In this document: one piece after another, positions 63,271 to 64,000 of the stretch
How the letters are laid out: the number at the start of each line of letters is the position of its first letter
Numbering within the stretch: the first letter of the stretch is position 1
DNA from: an uncultured Acidobacteriota bacterium
Lineage (GTDB): Bacteria > Acidobacteriota > Terriglobia > Terriglobales > Acidobacteriaceae
Direction: 5' to 3'
Assembly (NCBI GenBank): GCA_963779945.1
Contig: CAWAAB010000001.1
Location: forward strand, 1,548,744 to 1,612,743
DNA: 64,000 nucleotides
Program-made: the position numbers and the translations under genes
The notes under the pieces: generated by a model
Seen by the model: only the letters and a program-made list of their open reading frames with translations
What the model was told of the DNA's origin: nothing
Databases searched by the model: none

Positions 63271-64000
63271 CTAAGGGGTAAGCTTGAACACTACACCGCA
63301 ACCACTTGGCGGAGAGCACGCGGTATCGCCGCCTCCGGTGGCCACGCCATACAGGTTACCTGCGCTGTCCATAGTCAGGCCCGCCCAGGGGAATCCGCCG
63401 TCCGCCCCGCCAGTGAAACTATGGAGGACGGTCTCCTTGCCTGTAGTGTCCAGTTTGAAGACTACCCCGCACCCTCCTCCGTTGCATCGAGAAGCACCGC
63501 CGAAAGCGGTGGTCCCGAATAGATTCCCAGCGGCGTCCCGGGCTAAAGGGCCGGCAATAGGTTCCTCGCCGTCAGCGCAGCTGAGGATCGCGCAAAACGT
63601 GTAGAGGGTGGTGTCTGTCCAACTCCCGCCCGAGTGGGGCGATAGTTGAAAGACCACGCCACAGCCATCGCCACCCCCGCACGCCAAGTTGCCTCCGCCC
63701 CGCGTCGTGCCATAGAGGTTTCCGTCAAGGTCTGCCGTCAAAACCGAGAAAGGCGCACTCCCATCCAGCCCACCGCCAAAGCTGTACAAGACGCTCTCCT
63801 GGCCCTTGGTATCAATCTCATACACGACGCCAGAGTCATAGAGACCGCCGCCCTCAGCCACCCCGTAAAGATTGCCTGCTGCATCGAGGATTACACCCGG
63901 ATAAGGGCTATTACCGTCAGCACAGTTCGCCTCGGAACAGAAGTTGTACAATACGCTCTCATTACCCTCTTTATCCACCTTAAACACCGTTCCGGCGTTC
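63271..64000 (-). CDS. GloVer tandem-repeat protein, paralog of 60562..61818; 5' end outside the window
   Basis: Same repeat unit and a similar C-terminus (..CGVVFKLTP versus ..CGVVFKITP). The frame is open to the window edge. Confidence 0.75.
   Translation of the reverse strand, partial: NAGTVFKVDKEGNESVLYNFCSEANCADGNSPYPGVILDAAGNLYGVAEGGGLYDSGVVYEIDTKGQESVLYSFGGGLDGSAPFSVLTADLDGNLYGTTRGGGNLACGGGDGCGVVFQLSPHSGGSWTDTTLYTFCAILSCADGEEPIAGPLARDAAGNLFGTTAFGGASRCNGGGCGVVFKLDTTGKETVLHSFTGGADGGFPWAGLTMDSAGNLYGVATGGGDTACSPPSGCGVVFKLTP

Overview
This is a high-GC chromosomal window. Its gene content (GloVer and HAF repeat proteins, a GxxExxY nuclease, gldAFG-like ABC plus DUF4340) and its intergenic repeats suggest an Acidobacteriota (Terriglobia-like) genome; that assignment is inference, with no search run. 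About 80% is ordinary housekeeping: rsmI, serC-like/serA, rsmD, folK, lpxC, gltX, rnr, murJ, hemE-hemH-hemY, a PFK, HU, an M50 protease, a LiaF/LytS/LytTR module, a large GAF-GGDEF-HD-GYP protein, and two adjacent type II TA modules (VapBC, Phd/RelE). No rRNA gene or CRISPR array was seen.

There are two accessory patches.
(1) 18.64-23.08 kb lies directly upstream of lpxC and looks more AT-rich. It carries a SWIM-zinc-finger IS4/IS5-type DDE transposase, several orphan ORFs, repeated 12-nt boxes with nested palindromes, and a tRNA gene. This tRNA is the most interesting object in the window. It has a complete cloverleaf and a Ser-type class II body, but a Cys anticodon (GCA) and a 36-nt variable region.
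(2) 59.8-64 kb starts at a 5' fragment of tRNA-Ser(GCU). It carries two GloVer-repeat paralogs around a truncated IS91 transposase.

Other points:
- Two dispersed intergenic repeat families are built from triple iterations. One palindromic copy sits in frame inside rnr, and five copies flank the GxxExxY nuclease gene.
- lpxC has no canonical start codon at its conserved N-terminus.
- A 715-codon stop-free antisense frame is codon-aligned with the island genes.
- A HAF-repeat gene carries two frameshifts, and a CadC/TolB-like gene carries one in-frame TAG.

All calls come from reading the sequence and the ORF translations. No database search or computation was run.
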